Of a DNA stretch of 64,000 nt, positions 12,941-24,692 are shown in pieces. Each line of letters begins with the position of its first letter. The first letter of the stretch is position 1. This DNA comes from Rhynchobatus australiae (Eukaryota). Where the stretch lies: contig JAUZTB010000064.1 in assembly GCA_034780895.1 (NCBI GenBank), positions 83,934,300 through 83,998,299 on the forward strand. The letters are read 5' to 3'. The position numbers were made by a program, and so were the translations under genes. The notes beneath the pieces are model-generated. The model did no database searches. It was not told where the DNA came from and worked only from the letters and a program-made list of their open reading frames with translations.

Positions 12941-14559
12941 ACAGACTTTTACCCCAATATTTCTTTACCCCACCTGGCTGTTGTTCAGTATTATTGTAGT
13001 TAAACAAATAGAAGGAAGCCTGGCAGTTCACTAGCAATCAGCTTCTCCTTGTCTTGCTTAGAGCCAAACCAGATGCTTCTCTGTGTCCTGACTCTGCTGC
13101 CAAACTCAGCTCTCCAACAGGAAACAAACGTCAGTTATCGAAGCACTTTCCCAAATGGCTCTTTGTTTTCATGTCATTCTTCAAGGCAGTTCACTCATCT
13201 GCATCCCCCTTGAGTTGAGAGGGTAACAGGGCCAATTCATAAATGCCTGTGCCATTGCTACTCCATTCTCGGCTGCTAAGAGGTTCTCTCAAGGGGATTC
13301 CTTTACTAATATTGCAGACTGTACAACACTTTATGACACAGACTGTTCTAGCTAACACAATGTGTATAGACCCTTTGCCTTAGCTCACCCACTGCCAGTG
13401 TTTAATCACCTTCAACAAAACCAATGAGACTCTGAAATTCTCCAGTTTATTTACTATGTTGGCGCATTGATGTAGAAAAGCAATGATTCACCAGACCCGA
13501 ACCATGGAAGCTTCAATAATCGTAAGACTATTAGTGGCCTTATTGGTGAGTATACATCAACATTTTAAAGACACCATTTCAGTGTTATCTTGCAGGTTTA
13601 TCTGCTAAATGCACTGGCTGGTGAAACTGAACCAAATAGATCAGGAAGGCACAGTCCCTGCTCTGATGTAATGACCAAGGGTTTTTGTACAGATTTCAAT
13701 ACCATTTGAGTCATACCAAAGAACTACAATTGACCTCAGTATCACTAGAGTTGTGACATTGGACAAGAACTGAGCTCAGTGGCACCAGGATCGTGACACA
13801 GGGTTACAATTGACTTCAGTGTCTCTGAGAATGCTCAGTGGGGAACAATTTATTAGTGGGACAAAAGGAAGCATGAAGGTCAACCAGAATACTGTGCATG
13901 ATTGCTGGACAGCGATCCGCACAAGAGAATTCATCTGGCATGGATGTGAAGAAAAGCACCAACCTCAGTTCTGATGTCCCACGCCACATTCACCAACCCC
14001 AGAGTCCCACCCTCACACATAGGAAAGGCAGGAATTGAAGTATGGAAGACTGAAAGCCAAAGATAAAGATTACAATTGCACAAAATATCCACACGATGTG
14101 GAACTTTGGGTCTTCTACATGAGGACTATTATCCCAATTCAGTCCCACACTAATCAATGGCAAAGTTCAGTTTTTAAATTTTTCTTTGGTGAGTGGAATT
14201 ATGATGGATGCAAAAAATTAAACACTAGTTTTAAAGATCTTGAAATAACCCACTAAGAAACTTGCATAAGCAGAGTTTTTGCTTGTCCAGTATGGTGCGT
14301 ACAGGAATATCTCAATGTCTGCACCCCAGCTTTGAGGAGGCCAAAGTTCTAATCGCATCTCTCCTATCAAGATCTTACCTCAAGGGGATTACAAAAAAAT
14401 GGTGTACATAATTTGACAGATCTTCCCTGTACACTATTCTCTTGGCAGCAATGACAACTTCTTTATTAAATCATTAATCCAATTTCTTTAATGTGGAAAA
14501 CATCCCAGGTGCAGAGGCAGACAAAAAAAATTGGCATTGAATCAAAGACTATAATAAGA

Positions 14560-14760
14560 GAAGGGACTAAATGCTTGGGTAAGGAGGATCTTAAAGGGGC
14601 AGAGAAAGGTAGTTGGAAGAAGACAAAGTTAGGCATAACTTTTTGAGTGCAGAGCAAGGGAAAGGGGAGAGGATGGGGGGATGTGGGATGCACCAGAGGC
14701 CACAACTGCAGAGAGACAAACAGGAATTGGAAAAGCATTAAGAACACCACTGAGTCCACA
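14560..14760 (-). mobile_element. L2 LINE 3' fragment
   Basis: aggaggatcttaaaggggcagagaaaggtag... resembles the antisense L2 3' region at 54650-55015. Confidence 0.4.
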
Positions 14761-14899
14761 TTCCACATTAGTGCGTGAAGGAGTGTGCATAATGATGAGC
14801 CAGGTTGAAAGGGAAGAAATCAAGACAAATAATCTTTCAAATATACAGTATGTCTTTTAATGATGAAAGAAGTGAAGGATAGTACCCTTCATTTCCCAC

Positions 14900-15160
14900 T
14901 ACGGCAGCTAGTATTAAGATGCTTGCATCAGGATCGTGATCAAGAGCCACTAAATTGTCATTGAATCAGCCAGCTAGTTCACTCTGGGAAAGGAAATCTG
15001 TCATTCTCTCTTAGTCAGGCAGCATGTGACTCCAGACCCACAGCATCTTCAATGGCGTCTGCAATGGCCCAGCAAGCCACTCAGTTCAAGGAACAAAGAG
15101 GGAAGGTCATTAAATGGTGGGCCTTATCAGTGATGCAGACATCCCATGATGGAATTAAAA
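14900..15160 (+). mobile_element. Second tRNA-headed SINE family
   Basis: gggaaaggaaatctgtcattctc...tgtgactccagacccacagca...gcaagccactcagttcaagg...acatcccatga; related copies at 23095, 42825 and 50878. Confidence 0.7.
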
Positions 15161-15399
15161 ATGTTATAGGAGGTTGCTCAGACAATCATGCCTGTTATCT
15201 TTTGTTAACAATATGATTTTATGGATTTAGCATAAAATGCTTCACAAACATGTATTTTTAATGTTAACTTTTCCAGCCCATTGGTGAATAATTACTGAGA
15301 ATAAATTATAGCATTTTAAAGATTCCCCATTGACACGATCCCTTCTATCTCCTTGTTGCTGATGTGCTTCAAATAGTTGTTGACTTCTTCAGCTCAAGT

Positions 15400-15725
15400 C
15401 ACAGTGCCACAGAATCGTACATCACAGAAACAGACCCTTTGCCCCCATCGAGTCCACGAAGAGCATCAGGCACCCATACACGTTCATCCAATTTAATACT
15501 CCCAACATTTGTATCAAACCGCCCACCAGCACCCCCTGTCTCCACTCGAATCAATCTTCACACAAGGGGCAGCTTACAGTGGCCAATTCGCAAAACAAAG
15601 CATACATCTTTGGGATGTGGGAAGAAACCAGGGTGTTCAAAGGAAAGCCATGCTGTTACAGGGAAAACATGCACACTTCAAACGGAATTTAACAGCTGGA
15701 GCATGGTCCTGATGGCGCTGTTGGC
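15400..15725 (-). mobile_element. HE1/V-type SINE
   Basis: Antisense core catctttgggatgtgggaagaaaccagg...agggaaaacatgcacactt and antisense tail acagaaacagaccctt. Confidence 0.8.
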
Positions 15726-16261
15726 CTGCCAGTGGACTTAGAGAAAGCTGTGGGCTAGCTACAGTGCATGCATCACCGTGTTTTGGGGATCAGCACCTGT
15801 CCACTGCAGTGTGCAAGTGTAGGAAGCACTACAGTCTAGATGCATGCTGTAAGCTACTGAGCTGAGGTACCAGGTAAACTTTATATCTGATCCCTCAGCT
15901 TTATGGCAGTGGATCTCTAGCCATTGAATTGGATCACCAACCTTCATTAAAAAGGCAGCAGCCAGGCATTCAGGGCAGTCCAGGGGCTGAGCCAACCTTC
16001 CTGCTGCCTGCAGCCACGTCACTTCTCTGCGCCCACTCCATTTTAGGTGATAACCACATCAGCCTCAGCAGTAATGCACTGGGAGATGCATGGGCGAGTG
16101 CAGGGAGGTGGCAAGACCGTGAGGCATGTGCCAGGTCCAGTGGTCGACCTTCTGTATTCCTCTGCTGCTGGTTTATGGATCAGAAGCGAGTTTGAAAAAT
16201 GTCCACACTGAAATTCACGGTTACATAGATCTCGCTGTCAGCAAACCTTCCAGAGGTCACA

Positions 16262-16540
16262 GGGACTCAGCAGGCCAGGCAGCATCTGTGGAAAAAAGCA
16301 GGTGGTCAATATTTCAGGTCAGGACCCTTCTTCGGGACTGAAGATAGGAAAAGAGGAAAAAGCTTTTCCCTCCTATACATCAGGCTTCTCCTTTTCCTAT
16401 CTTCTGTCCTGAAGAAGGGTCCTGACCCGAAATGCTGACTGCCTGCTTTTCTACACGGATACTGCCTGGCCTGCTGAGTTCCTCTCACATTGTCATGTTT
16501 TTCATCTAGATTCCAGCATCTGCAGTCCTTTGTTTCTCTT
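16262..16540. mobile_element. Inverted pair of Penelope-like terminal repeats (foldback)
   Basis: 16265-16353 is the approximate reverse complement of 16391-16479. Each arm holds a CUGAAGA-stem II-GAAA hammerhead-like motif. Same subfamily as 24550-24690. Confidence 0.85.
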
Positions 16541-17224
16541 CCAGTAGTCGCAGTTGGGGCATCTTCTCACAGAGACCTCCAAGTGGAAAAAAAGGGCACA
16601 GATGTCTTGAAATTGCTTCATACTCTTTTCTTGGCATGGTTGTGGATCATCCTAAGACTGATTGTGAAAATTGCATCAGAATACACAGAACAATATTATC
16701 AGTACATCATGTTTGAAGTGACCCCCTGTCTCAGTGTGACATTTCCTACTGATGGGTTGAAAGTTCTCATTGCTCTCAGTAAATAGCAGGTACCATCTTT
16801 GCAGACAGCTCTTAAAGGGACAAACCACAATGCAAGCAATACCTTTCTAGATTTTGGGGAGTATTTCTGGTGATTGAACAGATGTTAGAAAGATGGGAGA
16901 GGATGGGAGAATACTTCTGCAAGCCAGATGGATGTGGACAAGCTGGTGAATAAAATGCCTGCAGCAGGCATGTTCTTGGTTACTGGGGACCACTGCGATC
17001 ATCAGGGCTACAACCAGAGCCTCTTGGCAAGAAGTTGCCTGGGAAGCCTCTGCAAGACCCTGAGATCAGTCTCTGTGCCTGCACCCTGGGGAAGCCTGTG
17101 ATGGAAGCAAAGCCTGTGCCCTCTCTGCCCACTCTTCAAGTCATCCACAATTTGAGGGGTGGCCTAAGATGAAAAAGGGGAGGGCTAAAGGAACGTAAAT
17201 GAAGTCTCCGCTCCTTGAGTAAAG

Positions 17225-17490
17225 ATGAATTCCCTCACATAACAGTGAGTAACAAACTGTACTCTCCCGTAGGGTGGTGAATCTCTGGAATTTTCTGCCC
17301 CTAAGGGGGGTGGTGGATAGATCAGTGGATATATTTAAGGTGGAGATGGATAAGCCTTTGAAAGATCAAGGAACTGAGGGTCAAGGGGAACTGGCACAGA
17401 AGAAGTGCTGAGGCCAGCATAGATCATATTGAATGGTGGGTCAGGTTTGATGGGCCTGATGACCTACTCCTGCTCCTATTGTCTTGTGTG
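17225..17490 (+). mobile_element. CR1 LINE 3' end
   Basis: agggtggtgaatctctggaattttctgccc (RVVNLWNFLP), atatttaaggtggagatggata and tail gggcctgatgacctactcctgctcctatt. Confidence 0.85.
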
Positions 17491-18214
17491 ATGTGGCAGA
17501 GACCAAAAGCAGCATGCTGAATTGGCCATGAGGGCAGAAACCTGAGAGCCATCCTGACCCTGAATAAATGGGAATCATCTTTTTCACACTAATGAGGGAG
17601 AAAATCTCACTGCAGATGAATTTCATGTGTTGTGTCATTGTTGACGTCATTTGGGAAAATTTTATGTCAGACGGAAGTGTATGTGGGAGAATGAAAATTG
17701 TGTCCGAGGTGCTATGGCCTCCAGAAATGTGTATAAAACTGTCTGCTCTGGGTTAACCTAACTTCCAACAGCACAACACTTACTTTTGCATTTACACGAA
17801 CAAATTTCTAGCCCTTCAAACACAGGAATCTTACCTGAATCACCTTCCTAAGAGACCTCTAGAATTCAGAATTCCAGCCTCCCCGTGTAATCTGAAATCT
17901 TTAGAAGCTATTTTATTGGCAACGAAGATAAAGTACGTCTCAGAAGCCCGGGAACCATCTGGTGTTGATCCTTCATGGTTCATTTAAAGTTACATTTATC
18001 ATACAGGTATTTTGAGAAATAAGGCAGTGTGGGAAATATCTTACTGACAGGATTAATGTAATAATGATCCATCAGCATTAATCAATCTTTTTTGTTACCT
18101 CTCTTTTGCTTTCTCTCATAGTTTTAGACTCTGCCAGCAAAACCATGTCATTCAAAGAGTGCTTAAAAGCAAAAATATTGCTGGAAATACATTCATTTAA
18201 CTACCCCAAAAAAG

Positions 18215-18312
18215 GGCCACAAACGATCTGCTGGAGGAACTCAACAGGTCGAGCAGCATCTGTGGGAGGAAAGCAACTGCAAACATTGTGTTTCGAAACT
18301 CTGCATCAGGAT
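18215..18312 (-). mobile_element. Penelope-like terminal-repeat fragment
   Basis: ctgctggaggaactcaacaggtcgagcagcatctgtggg is the antisense family tail; the hammerhead core is degraded. Confidence 0.75.
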
Positions 18313-18420
18313 TTTGCTGCNNNNNNNNNNNNNNNNNNNNNNNNNNNNNNNNNNNNNNNNNNNNNNNNNNNNNNNNNNNNNNNNNNNNNNNNNNNNNNNN
18401 NNNNNNNNNNNNNNNNNNNN

Positions 18421-18572
18421 TGCAGTAAGTGTCAACAACTTGTATAAAAAGTACATCAAATAAGGGAGTCCACATGTTAGCTTTCGTTGGTCAGGTAAAG
18501 ATTTCTTTAGTGCTGCATAGTAGTCCAAAGTAGCCCATGAAATGCTCAGGCATGACAAAATCACAGACACAT
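18421..18572 (-). CDS. XKR9: XK-related scramblase, 5' part of last coding exon (truncated by assembly gap)
   Basis: A pyrimidine-rich acceptor tttcctttccttttacag|AT precedes (Y)VSVILSCLSISWATLDYYAALKKSLPDQRKLTCGLPYLMYFLYKLLTLTA. This matches the remembered XKR9 last-exon pattern (SC.AISWSTVDY..ALRKSLPD...YKL.TL) with a phase-1 Tyr at the junction, and is closer to XKR9 than XKR8. It runs into the 100-N gap at 18321-18420. Confidence 0.88.
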
Positions 18573-19329
18573 CTGTAAAAGGAAAGGAAAACAGTGGTAA
18601 TACAGTTCAGTATCTTTCAGAATTTCAACACTAATATTAATAAACAGCAATCTTGTGCATTCTAGATCTTCTCTATCATTGAATTTGCAAGATCATTCTG
18701 AGAAAATATGAAGTGTTTCATATCATGTTAGCTTCAGTTACCATGCTTTCATACCAGTCCTCAAAAGAAGGATTTGCATGATCTCGTATTAATTTATTGC
18801 CAGGATAATGTTTCAGTGCAGCAAGGTGAATGGGAAATAGAACAATTTAAGAGCGAGCATTGCCACTGTGGATTGGGTCAGCAGCTCCAATGAAGAGAGC
18901 TTTTGTGCCAAGCAATAGAAGGCTCACAATGGCCACAGTAGAATTTCACCTCCTTAGTCTGAGTTTTGCCATCAAAGCAACAGTTGCTGACACCCACATA
19001 TAAAATGTGGTCATGATAAATTTCCAGTGCTTGAAAAGGCATACTAAATGGGTGGTGTGACATGGAAAAATAGGCAAAGAAAAACCGCAAGTCATGGGTC
19101 CAGAAACTCATGGAATTGGTCAGAGGGAAGAGGTTAGGGTTGCTGATGGTCAGGTCAGGTCACCAGGGTGGTGTTAATTCACAGTCAGATGAGGAAGGGG
19201 GGGGATGGTGGTTTACAGTGACAATCAGCTGCTGCTGCTGCTGATGTCCATCACGTCTCACAGTTTGCTGCTCCCTGCTGTTTCCTTGGGCTCGTCGGCA
19301 GGGGGAGGTGGGATCACCCAAATTCCAAA

Positions 19330-19460
19330 CTCAAGGAGAAGAGGCTTAACTTACTTCACCTTCAGCCCAGAGCAGCAGGCAGAGTGGGCACAGGCATTTG
19401 CCTCTGTTGCAGGCTTCTCCCAACTGGAGATATTCAAAGACTGCTCTTACCAACATTTTG
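19330..19460 (+). mobile_element. PIF/Harbinger transposase remnant
   Basis: YFTFSPEQQAEWAQAFASVAGFSQLEIFKDCSY resembles the HARBI1-type F......Q..RA..F..IAGFP.V.G.IDC.H segment. Confidence 0.65.
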
Positions 19461-20129
19461 CAGGAACACTTGGAGTAGCCCTGGTCTCCAAGGCTCCTAA
19501 ACACAAAGAACATGTCTACTGTGGCCACTATTATTCGCCAGTCTGTTCAGGACCGCCTGAACCACTAAGAGCACTCTCCCACCCCTCCCATCACTGCAAC
19601 ACCATCCATTCAGTGGCAACTCCACTGATGTTGGAAGTATATTGCTTGCATTGAGGTAGGTGTCTTTAAGAGCTGCCTGAAAAGATTCCACCCGTTATGC
19701 TACTTACTGAGAAAACTGAGAACGTGCAACGCTTCAACAGGGAACAACATCAGCTTCAGCACAGTATTACACAAAAACCCAAAAACATTTGCTCTGCGAA
19801 ATTCGCAAATGAATTTCTTGTTCTTTATGCCGTTTTCCAAACATCGTTGCTTCAAACTGAGCAATGTTGAGTGATTTGATTTACTTTTCATTTAATAGAT
19901 ACAAATTTGATACTTAAGTCAAGTACTCCTTCGGCTTGGTTTGAAATAGCAAGTCTCATGTTTGTGAATCAGGTGTAGCATAAAAATGGAAAATACTGAC
20001 AGACCATGAACCATGAGTGCAGCCCTTAGGCTCACTGGCAGCTCGTCAAATCTGAGTCCAAAGACTCTGGATTCAGTCAGAATCTGGATGTGAAATTAAA
20101 CCACAGCTGCTCTTTCCTCAGCACTACAC

Positions 20130-20310
20130 CTTTGAAGAATATATTGGGATGGATGGAGTGCAGCATTGACTTGCAGTATGCCTGGGTCCCAAAGGTTAAA
20201 TTACAAGCAGAGGTTACAGAGAATGGGGTTTCATTCTTTGGAATTCAAAAAGTTAAGGAATGATTTGATTAAAGTTAGCAAGACTGCACTGGTTGGGAGG
20301 TCTGGGGCAC
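20130..20310 (+). mobile_element. CR1 LINE fragment
   Basis: MPGSQRLNYKQRLQRMGFHSLEFKKLRNDLIKV matches the CR1 ORF2 C-terminal pattern. Confidence 0.75.
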
Positions 20311-20764
20311 GTCAAAACAAATGTCGAGATTTTGTTTTGCTCAGTACAAAGTTCTAGACATTATAACAATTTTAAAAATTGCTACACTTATTGCACAATT
20401 CTTGTACAATGCTAAATTAGTTCTGGCTCTTCCATATATACAAAGGCATCCAGACATACAAAGTATATGCAATATATATTTATATCGGCTTTTAAGAACT
20501 TATCTGAGCATGCATGGCCTACTCCCTAGCCAGTGAATCTCAGACATGGGTCCTCCTCAGATACATGCATTTTAAAATTTTTACTTACCCTCCTACCATT
20601 GTTTCGGATAAGGCCCCAACACCAGATTCCAACCAAACTCAACTACGTCCCTGAACCCACTTGCGATCAATCAAGATTCCCTTTCGACACTCACACCCTA
20701 ATGCCCAGACCCAATCCTGAAAGTCCCACCAATGTTTTCTACACCAAACCCCTTGGCTGCTACG

Positions 20765-21112
20765 GGGGAGGCACAGTGGTGCAGCTGATGAGGATGCTGC
20801 TTAACAGCTCCAGCAACCTGGGTTTGAGTTGACTTCCAGTGCTGTCTCTGTGGAGCTTGTATACTCTCCCTGTGACTTCATGGGATTCCTCTGGGTCCTC
20901 TGGTTTCCTCCCCATGCCAAAAGCATATGGTTCAATGGTTTAATTGGCAATTGTCAATTTCCCTTGATATGTAGGTGAGTGGTAGCCGGGGGAGTTATGG
21001 GAATGGGGGAGAATACAATGGGTTTTGTGCAGGATTAGCGTAAATGAATGCTTAAGACTCGGTGCAGACCCAGTGGGTTGAAGAGCCTGTTTCCATGCTG
21101 TATGACTCTGTA
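20765..21112 (+). mobile_element. HE1/V-type SINE, near full length
   Basis: tRNA-like head ggcacagtggtgcagctg...cctgggtttgag, central core, and tail gagcctgtttccatgctgtatgactct. Confidence 0.88.
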
Positions 21113-21719
21113 ACTCACTCTCTCTCACACGCACAGACACACCTGTGCACACATGCACATATCCACAAACTGTGATCCATGATTCCTCCTGACCTTCCAA
21201 GTTTCTTAGTGCCTTCTTACACATTTCCATGCAGAACCAATTGTATTGGTATTGTGAGTTAGAACTCATGCACAATGGATTACTGATGCATTGGGCTCAT
21301 ACCCAAAACAGGCAATGTTCATGGGCATTGCTGGACACCGTGTTCCTTGAAGTATGGAGCAATTTTTAGACTGTAGTCTGAAAATTANNNNNNNNNNNNN
21401 NNNNNNNNNNNNNNNNNNNNNNNNNNNNNNNNNNNNNNNNNNNNNNNNNNNNNNNNNNNNNNNNNNNNNNNNNNNNNNNNNNNNNNNCTGAAAATTAGAA
21501 TCAGGAGTGAAGCTAAGAAGCACTTCTACATGTGGAGGATGGTAAAAATGTGGATCTCTCTTCTACATTATGCAATTGTTGCAAGCTAATGTTTAGTCTG
21601 AAATTAAGATATTATGTAATATGGAGACAGGGCATGTATATGAAGATAGCTAACAGCTCAGCTGTGATATCACTGAATGGTGAAAGAGGATTGAGAATAT
21701 ATATCTATAACCTGTTCCT

Positions 21720-21950
21720 GCTCCTATCTACTCAAGTGGATGTAAAAATAACCTCTTGATACTATTCAAAGAATAGTATCAGCATTCTTCCCTCAACCAT
21801 AAACAATAAGTATTAATTTGCTGTAAATGGAAACTTGCAGGGCACAACTTGGCCACTTACAAAACACAAATGACTTCTCTTCAGAAGTAATTCATTCCTT
21901 TCAAAGTGGTTTGTGGCATCCTGAGAGTGTGATAAGATGCAAATAAATAT
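21720..21950 (+). mobile_element. Deu-domain SINE (SacSINE/AmnSINE-like) fragment, preceded by a CR1 tail (~21600-21725)
   Basis: ctcaagtggatgtaaaa...actattcaaaga...ccctcaacca...ttgctgtaaatggaaacttgc...cttcagaagtaattcatt resembles the remembered Deu-SINE consensus. Confidence 0.55.
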
Positions 21951-23094
21951 ATCACTTGAGTGGACACATCAAAGATCCAATAATGCTGATTAATGTGAAA
22001 AATCCAGATATACAGTATAAAAACCTGGATCCATTAATAGGCTGCTTTAAGATTATGCTACCAGGATGAAGGAATAGATATGGATTATAGAGAAGAGAGA
22101 TTGAGTAAAGGTCCTGGTGCAATAAATCCTCCAAAAACCTAAAATGCCAAGAACATACACAATGGAATAAGCCTTCAGTCATACAAAGATCATATCTTTT
22201 CATTCCCCTTGACATCAATCTTCAGGTGATAAAATTCTAATGACTTACAATTATCTCCTGACCCACATAACATCATAATTACAGCAAGTTGTTATTCCAA
22301 GTATGGATACAAACTGCTTCTGCTGGGAATCTGGTCATTCAGCCAAATAAATTTAAACCTCACATCCAAATTTAACCCAATATTCATCATATATTCTGAT
22401 TGTCAGTTGTAATGTTCTTAAAAATAGCTCAAGAGAAATCATCATACTCAAATGGCAACCAGGACCACTCTTACACTAAACTGGTAGCATAGAATACACA
22501 ACAGATCAAACGACCACAACTGAATCGCAACTGACTTTTAAAGAATGTGCTGAAATATTATATTAACCTCATCTAAGTTGATGCTACAATTTATTATTCA
22601 ACAGAGTAGGCTATGGGAGCTACAAATTATCTTGCTGAGCCAAGTATATTGGTGCCATTCTTCCAACATGGCTCAACAATCCAGTCCAGAAAAGAAAGGT
22701 ATGCAGACTCACCACTAAGTATATATGGTCCTTTATCACCACTACAGTCTATGAGATGGAGCCATGACTGCTTCATATGGCTCAGGTACTATTTTGCTGC
22801 CAGTAGAGATTTGGTTTCTGTTAAAACAATTACCATTTTACAGTAGTGATCAGCTTTTACTGTTTCACTTTTGCACGACCAGAAAACTGAATGCTAAAGC
22901 TGAGATCTGGCAACAACAGTAATTCGCAGAATGACAGCTGCACCTTTACTTTGTTCTCTATTACCGGAAAGAAAGGCATGGTTATTGGTGAGTAATCATA
23001 CAATGACTTGAATACCAACCGACTTCAAATTCTTTCCGCAGCTTTAAATTATCTGTCCAGCAGTCAAAAGAATTGATTCATCAATAGGGCTCTG

Positions 23095-23420
23095 ATAGCA
23101 GTATGGTTAAGGTACTGGACTAGCAGACAGACTTCTGAACCATTGATCCTGCCACCTGAGTTTGAATCCCATTGTGGCAGCTGGGAACTTAAATTCAAGT
23201 CATTAAGTAAATTTGATAAAAGCTAATCTCAATATTGTTAATTATGAAACTACCAGATTGATGTAAAGACCCATCTGGTACAAATATTCTTTGGGGAAGA
23301 AAATCTGTCATTCTCACTTAGTCTGACTGATATGCGACTCCAGAATACCAATGTGCTTAATTTTTAATTGCCTTCTAAGTTCAGGGGTAAATAGGAATGG
23401 ATGACAAATGCCGACATTGC
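23095..23420 (+). mobile_element. Second tRNA-headed SINE family, near full length
   Basis: A-box-like tagcagtatggtt, B-box-like gagtttgaatccc, and core ggggaagaaaatctgtcattctcacttagtctgactgatatgcgactccaga. Confidence 0.75.
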
Positions 23421-24273
23421 CACAGGGAATCTGACAGTGGAGCAGGAGCCTGTGGCCTAGTCCAGATTCCCAGACCTCTCACAGGAAACCTCAGGAAAAT
23501 CTTCAGTCTTCCACTCAATGCTGCCTGATATCGGCAGATTGTGTTCTCCCAGCGCTCTGTGATTTCCTGGCTGATTGAAGTGGATTCATCCTGCGGGAGA
23601 AGGAACATCTCAAATCGGCATTGCTGGAATGTCCAGGTGAGACAGTAGAGTCCTACATTACTATTATAGGAAACCTCAGCCCATTGTGTCTGTGCTGGTC
23701 AGAGTTACACAGCCTAATCCCAGCCCCCAGCATTAGTTCTGTCACCCTGCATGTAGGTAGTTTAATCATCAGGAATAATATTACAGTGACAATCACTACA
23801 TGGTAATGCATCTAAAACCTGAAGCATTTTACAACTAGTTTGGAGCTGATCAACGGCTAATGGCGTAAACAAGTGGCAAACAGGCTCTGCCCTGCATTAA
23901 TTAGGTCAAACCTTGAGTTCTGGCCAGCACATTACACAAGAGACGTGCTTGCCCTGGAGAGAGGTCAGGAGAGATTTACAAGGATGTTGTCAGGACCAGA
24001 GGATTATATTTACGAGGAAATATTGAACGTGCCCGGGGTGCTTACTTTGGCACAGGGAAGGCTGAAGGGACTGTATATTTCGGTGTATAAAATTTATGAG
24101 AGGTCTAGTTAGACTAAATAGGAACTACTTATTCCACTTAGCAGAGGGGTCAACAACCAGGGAGCTCAGATTTAAAGTAATCTGAAGTGTAACAACATTG
24201 AAAATAGGTGCAGGGGTAGCCCATTCAGCCATCCCTGCCTGCTTTCCATTCAATACAATTACAGTGGATCATC

Positions 24274-24692
24274 AGTGGGCATCACAGTGGGCATGAACAT
24301 TGAATTCCCCACTTTAAGTAATCGCAACCCCCTTCCCCACAATCCCCCCCCCACCATGTTTCTTCTCNNNNNNNNNNNNNNNNNNNNNNNNNNNNNNNNN
24401 NNNNNNNNNNNNNNNNNNNNNNNNNNNNNNNNNNNNNNNNNNNNNNNNNNNNNNNNNNNNNNNCCTATTACCATCTCTTACCTGCATCTACCTATCACCA
24501 CCTTGTGCCCATCCCGCCTCCCCTCTTTCGTCCACCTATCACTGCTCTGCTTTTTCCCTCCTATACATTGGGCTTCCCGTTTTCCTATCTTCCGTCCTGA
24601 AGAAGGGTCCTGACCCGAAACATTGACTGCCTGCTTTTCTCCACGGGTGCTGCTTGACCAGCTGAGTTCCTCCAACATTATCTTGTTTTTCA
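24274..24692 (+). mobile_element. Penelope-like element 3' end (end of ORF plus terminal repeat) with target-site duplication
   Basis: A GMNIEFP.. ORF end, a pyrimidine-rich UTR and a hammerhead motif at 24592-24629. Flanked by tacagtggatcatc (24260-24273) and tacagtgggatcatc (24693-24707). Confidence 0.85.
24592..24629 (+). ncRNA. Minimal type I hammerhead ribozyme motif (Penelope-associated)
   Basis: CCGUC-CUGAAGA-A-GGGUC-CU-GACCC-GAAA-CA-UU-GACUG: conserved core, stem II, stem I pairing 4 of 5, putative cleavage after AUU at 24624. Activity unknown. Confidence 0.7.

Noticed and set aside
13595-13830. Possible ancient SINE with a short internal direct repeat (tacaattgac.tcagt)
   Set aside because: Too degraded to assign; two copies only, not an array.
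17835-17891. 57-nt ag...gtaag segment downstream of the XKR9-like exon
   Set aside because: All three frames contain stops and none resembles XK-family sequence.
19700-19891. Minus-strand ORF ending at a gtaagt donor just upstream of the XKR9-like exon
   Set aside because: The frames I read lack the expected DLSMLRLFE/PQL.LQ motifs of the preceding XKR9 exon.
20765-20840. tRNA-like A/B-box sequence (also at about 23095 and 50878)
   Set aside because: These are SINE heads followed by SINE bodies, not complete tRNA genes.
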